Shown one piece after another: positions 62,261 through 64,000 of a stretch of DNA of 64,000 nt. Source of the stretch: Azolla caroliniana. Its lineage: Eukaryota; Plantae; Polypodiophyta. Position numbers and translations under genes: made by a program. The stretch is from NCBI GenBank assembly GCA_043228905.1, contig JBHGNT010000001.1, positions 6,820,001 through 6,884,000 of the forward strand, in the 5' to 3' direction. Each line of letters starts with the position of its first letter. Position 1 is the first letter of the stretch. Under the pieces are notes generated by a model. It was not told the origin of the DNA. It was given only the letters and a program-made list of their open reading frames with translations, and did no database searches.

Positions 62261-63485
62261 CAAAACATGGACTACCACATGACTCTCGGATAGAAGAAAG
62301 ACCAAAAGGTTTAGTCAGTGATAATCTATACCCGCTAAAGCCATCATATTAGGAAGTATTTTGCGATCTTTTAAGTGGGTTTTTATTGATGATGATAAAG
62401 CTATACTCACACCACCATATCAAGTCATGTTTGACTATCTTAGGTATTGGGGGATGTGATTTAATTGGACCATGAGAAATGGATTCTTGTTTGATGGATT
62501 TCGTGGGGTAACACAACAACTCCGTAGGATAAAAGGGAAGTTGATTAAGCAATTTTCGCATCCATGTTGGATGGGGACATTGTCCCAAGATGAGGTAGAG
62601 TTATGTCATCTAGTATTACAACAACACTTGAGAGGGTTTACCTTGCCATATTGGTACGAATGAATTAGTGGAGATAGCAATGGTTGTATTATGATCTTGT
62701 TTGAATAACAACCATACATTTACGGACAAAAAAACTGAAAAATTCTTTTATAGAAGAAAACCAAAAGGGGACAAATGTATGAACATTGGTATTATCAGAA
62801 AGTTCCAAACCTCATGTCGGATGATCTCGTGGTTGATATCATGCCTTTTTTGAACCTCAAGGATATAACAAAGGTATAGAGCAAAATCCTCAGCGAATTC
62901 TCTCCTCGGGTTTATGTTATGCCCTCAAATGCCCTAAGTTTATGTTATTATCCTAATGTCTTCCATATATTAAAGCAAAGGAAGGGTAGGCGAGAAAACC
63001 TCAGAGATATATATCCTCACTGAGGTATTTACTATTTATTCCCACAAAAGCCTCAAAAAAGTTCTCATTATGCTTCATGATGCCGTTGAGGGGTCAAACC
63101 AGAGAATGGACAGGGGGGAAACCTTGAGAAAGACCCTCCTGGGGGTCTTGGTGGATTGCACATGCACCGAGGTTTTTCATTATATCTATGGATGAAAGCC
63201 ACTATTGCGCCCTCGCGGATTTGTGTCTACTCGGGCTTTTCATTATTTCTCCGAATGCCATCTATGCCGGCCGTGAGGAACCCATCAAGCGTGTTTGTTT
63301 GAGTCCTTCCAAGGGGGGTAGGGGTTAGGGAGAGGGGGGGGGGCATTTTGGGGAAATAAATAAAAGACATACCACAGGGGCATCTCTGGGAAATACAGAA
63401 AACCGCAGGTATGAAAGGAAAAACAAATATGTAGTTACTGTGTCAAGCCAAGCTAAGCTAAGCTAAGCCCTAAGAAACCAAAAGA

Positions 63486-63614
63486 AAACCCTAATTTCTC
63501 CACCGTCTGGCTTTTTCTTCGAATCCTTCAATGCAGCTGAGGTTTAAGGCTATGGATTCCTCTTAAAACCGAGAGTGTTCAAAATAATAATAAAAACCCT
63601 GCGTCGAACCCTAA
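63486..63614 (+). promoter_or_regulatory. Telo-box motifs in a promoter/5' UTR
   Basis: AAACCCTAA at 63486-63494 and AACCCTAA at 63607-63614, followed by a (CTT)n-rich leader ahead of the ATG at 63815. Confidence 0.55.
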
Positions 63615-63814
63615 TTTTTGGATCCTCTTCTTCAGCAAGACACACTCACTGCATTTCATCTTCGAGGAAATCAAAGTTTAGGGCCTTCTTCTTCTTCTTC
63701 TTCTTCTTCTTCGAAGAGAAACCTGTGGTTTTTGCCCTAAAAAAAGACGCTAGATTTAAAGTCTCTTTCTGTTCTTCAACAAATTAAAACCCTCTCACTT
63801 TCAAAGCTTTTACT

Positions 63815-64000
63815 ATGGCTGCTTCCTCTGGAGCTTCTCGACTCTTCTCAATGATTAGAAACCATCGTTTTTTGGCGTCTTCTTCTCTTTCTTCTAGATC
63901 TTCTCAGCTCTTCTCAGTGATCAGAAACCATCCTTTCATGGTTTCTTGTTCGTTCTTCTTCTTTACGCTCTTCATATTTCCTTCTACTTCTCGCATCCTT
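63815..64000 (+). CDS. 5' end of a probable gene running off the right edge; N-terminus followed by a hydrophobic segment
   Basis: ATG GCT in a good context, open to the edge: MAASSGASRLFSMIRNHRFLASSSLSSRSSQLFSVIRNHPFMVSCSFFFFTLFIFPSTSRIL. Preceded by telo-boxes and a pyrimidine-rich leader. Confidence 0.55.
   Translation, partial: MAASSGASRLFSMIRNHRFLASSSLSSRSSQLFSVIRNHPFMVSCSFFFFTLFIFPSTSRIL

Overview
Eukaryotic plant nuclear DNA with an AT-rich, CATG-rich intergenic background. The style and density of its PLS-class PPR genes suggest a fern or other seed-free vascular plant; this is an inference. The first 32 kb hold six PPR genes with intronless reading frames: five end in E domains without a DYW domain, and one runs off the left edge. 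Also present are a 7-exon small purple acid phosphatase with P1BS promoter motifs, a secreted LRR protein, a 2-exon chalcone synthase, two identical tRNA-Leu(AAG) genes, a small uncharacterised plant-family protein, and a gene start at the right edge. Mobile DNA includes two inverted hAT-type MITEs with 8-bp TSDs, a Mutator-type MITE with a 9-bp TSD, a 5'-truncated L1 LINE with a 13-bp TSD, and weaker decayed remnants. The most notable signals are: the DYW-less PPR cluster showing several modes of remodelling (extra-long L motifs, an 18-bp repeat insertion, an eroded N-terminus, a decayed E+ tail, an in-frame uORF); sharp exon-level GC mosaics whose GC-rich exons have microsatellites running up to the splice acceptor; and opposed telomere-like tracts around CHS exon 1. 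I found no clearly new biological system; these are leads to test.
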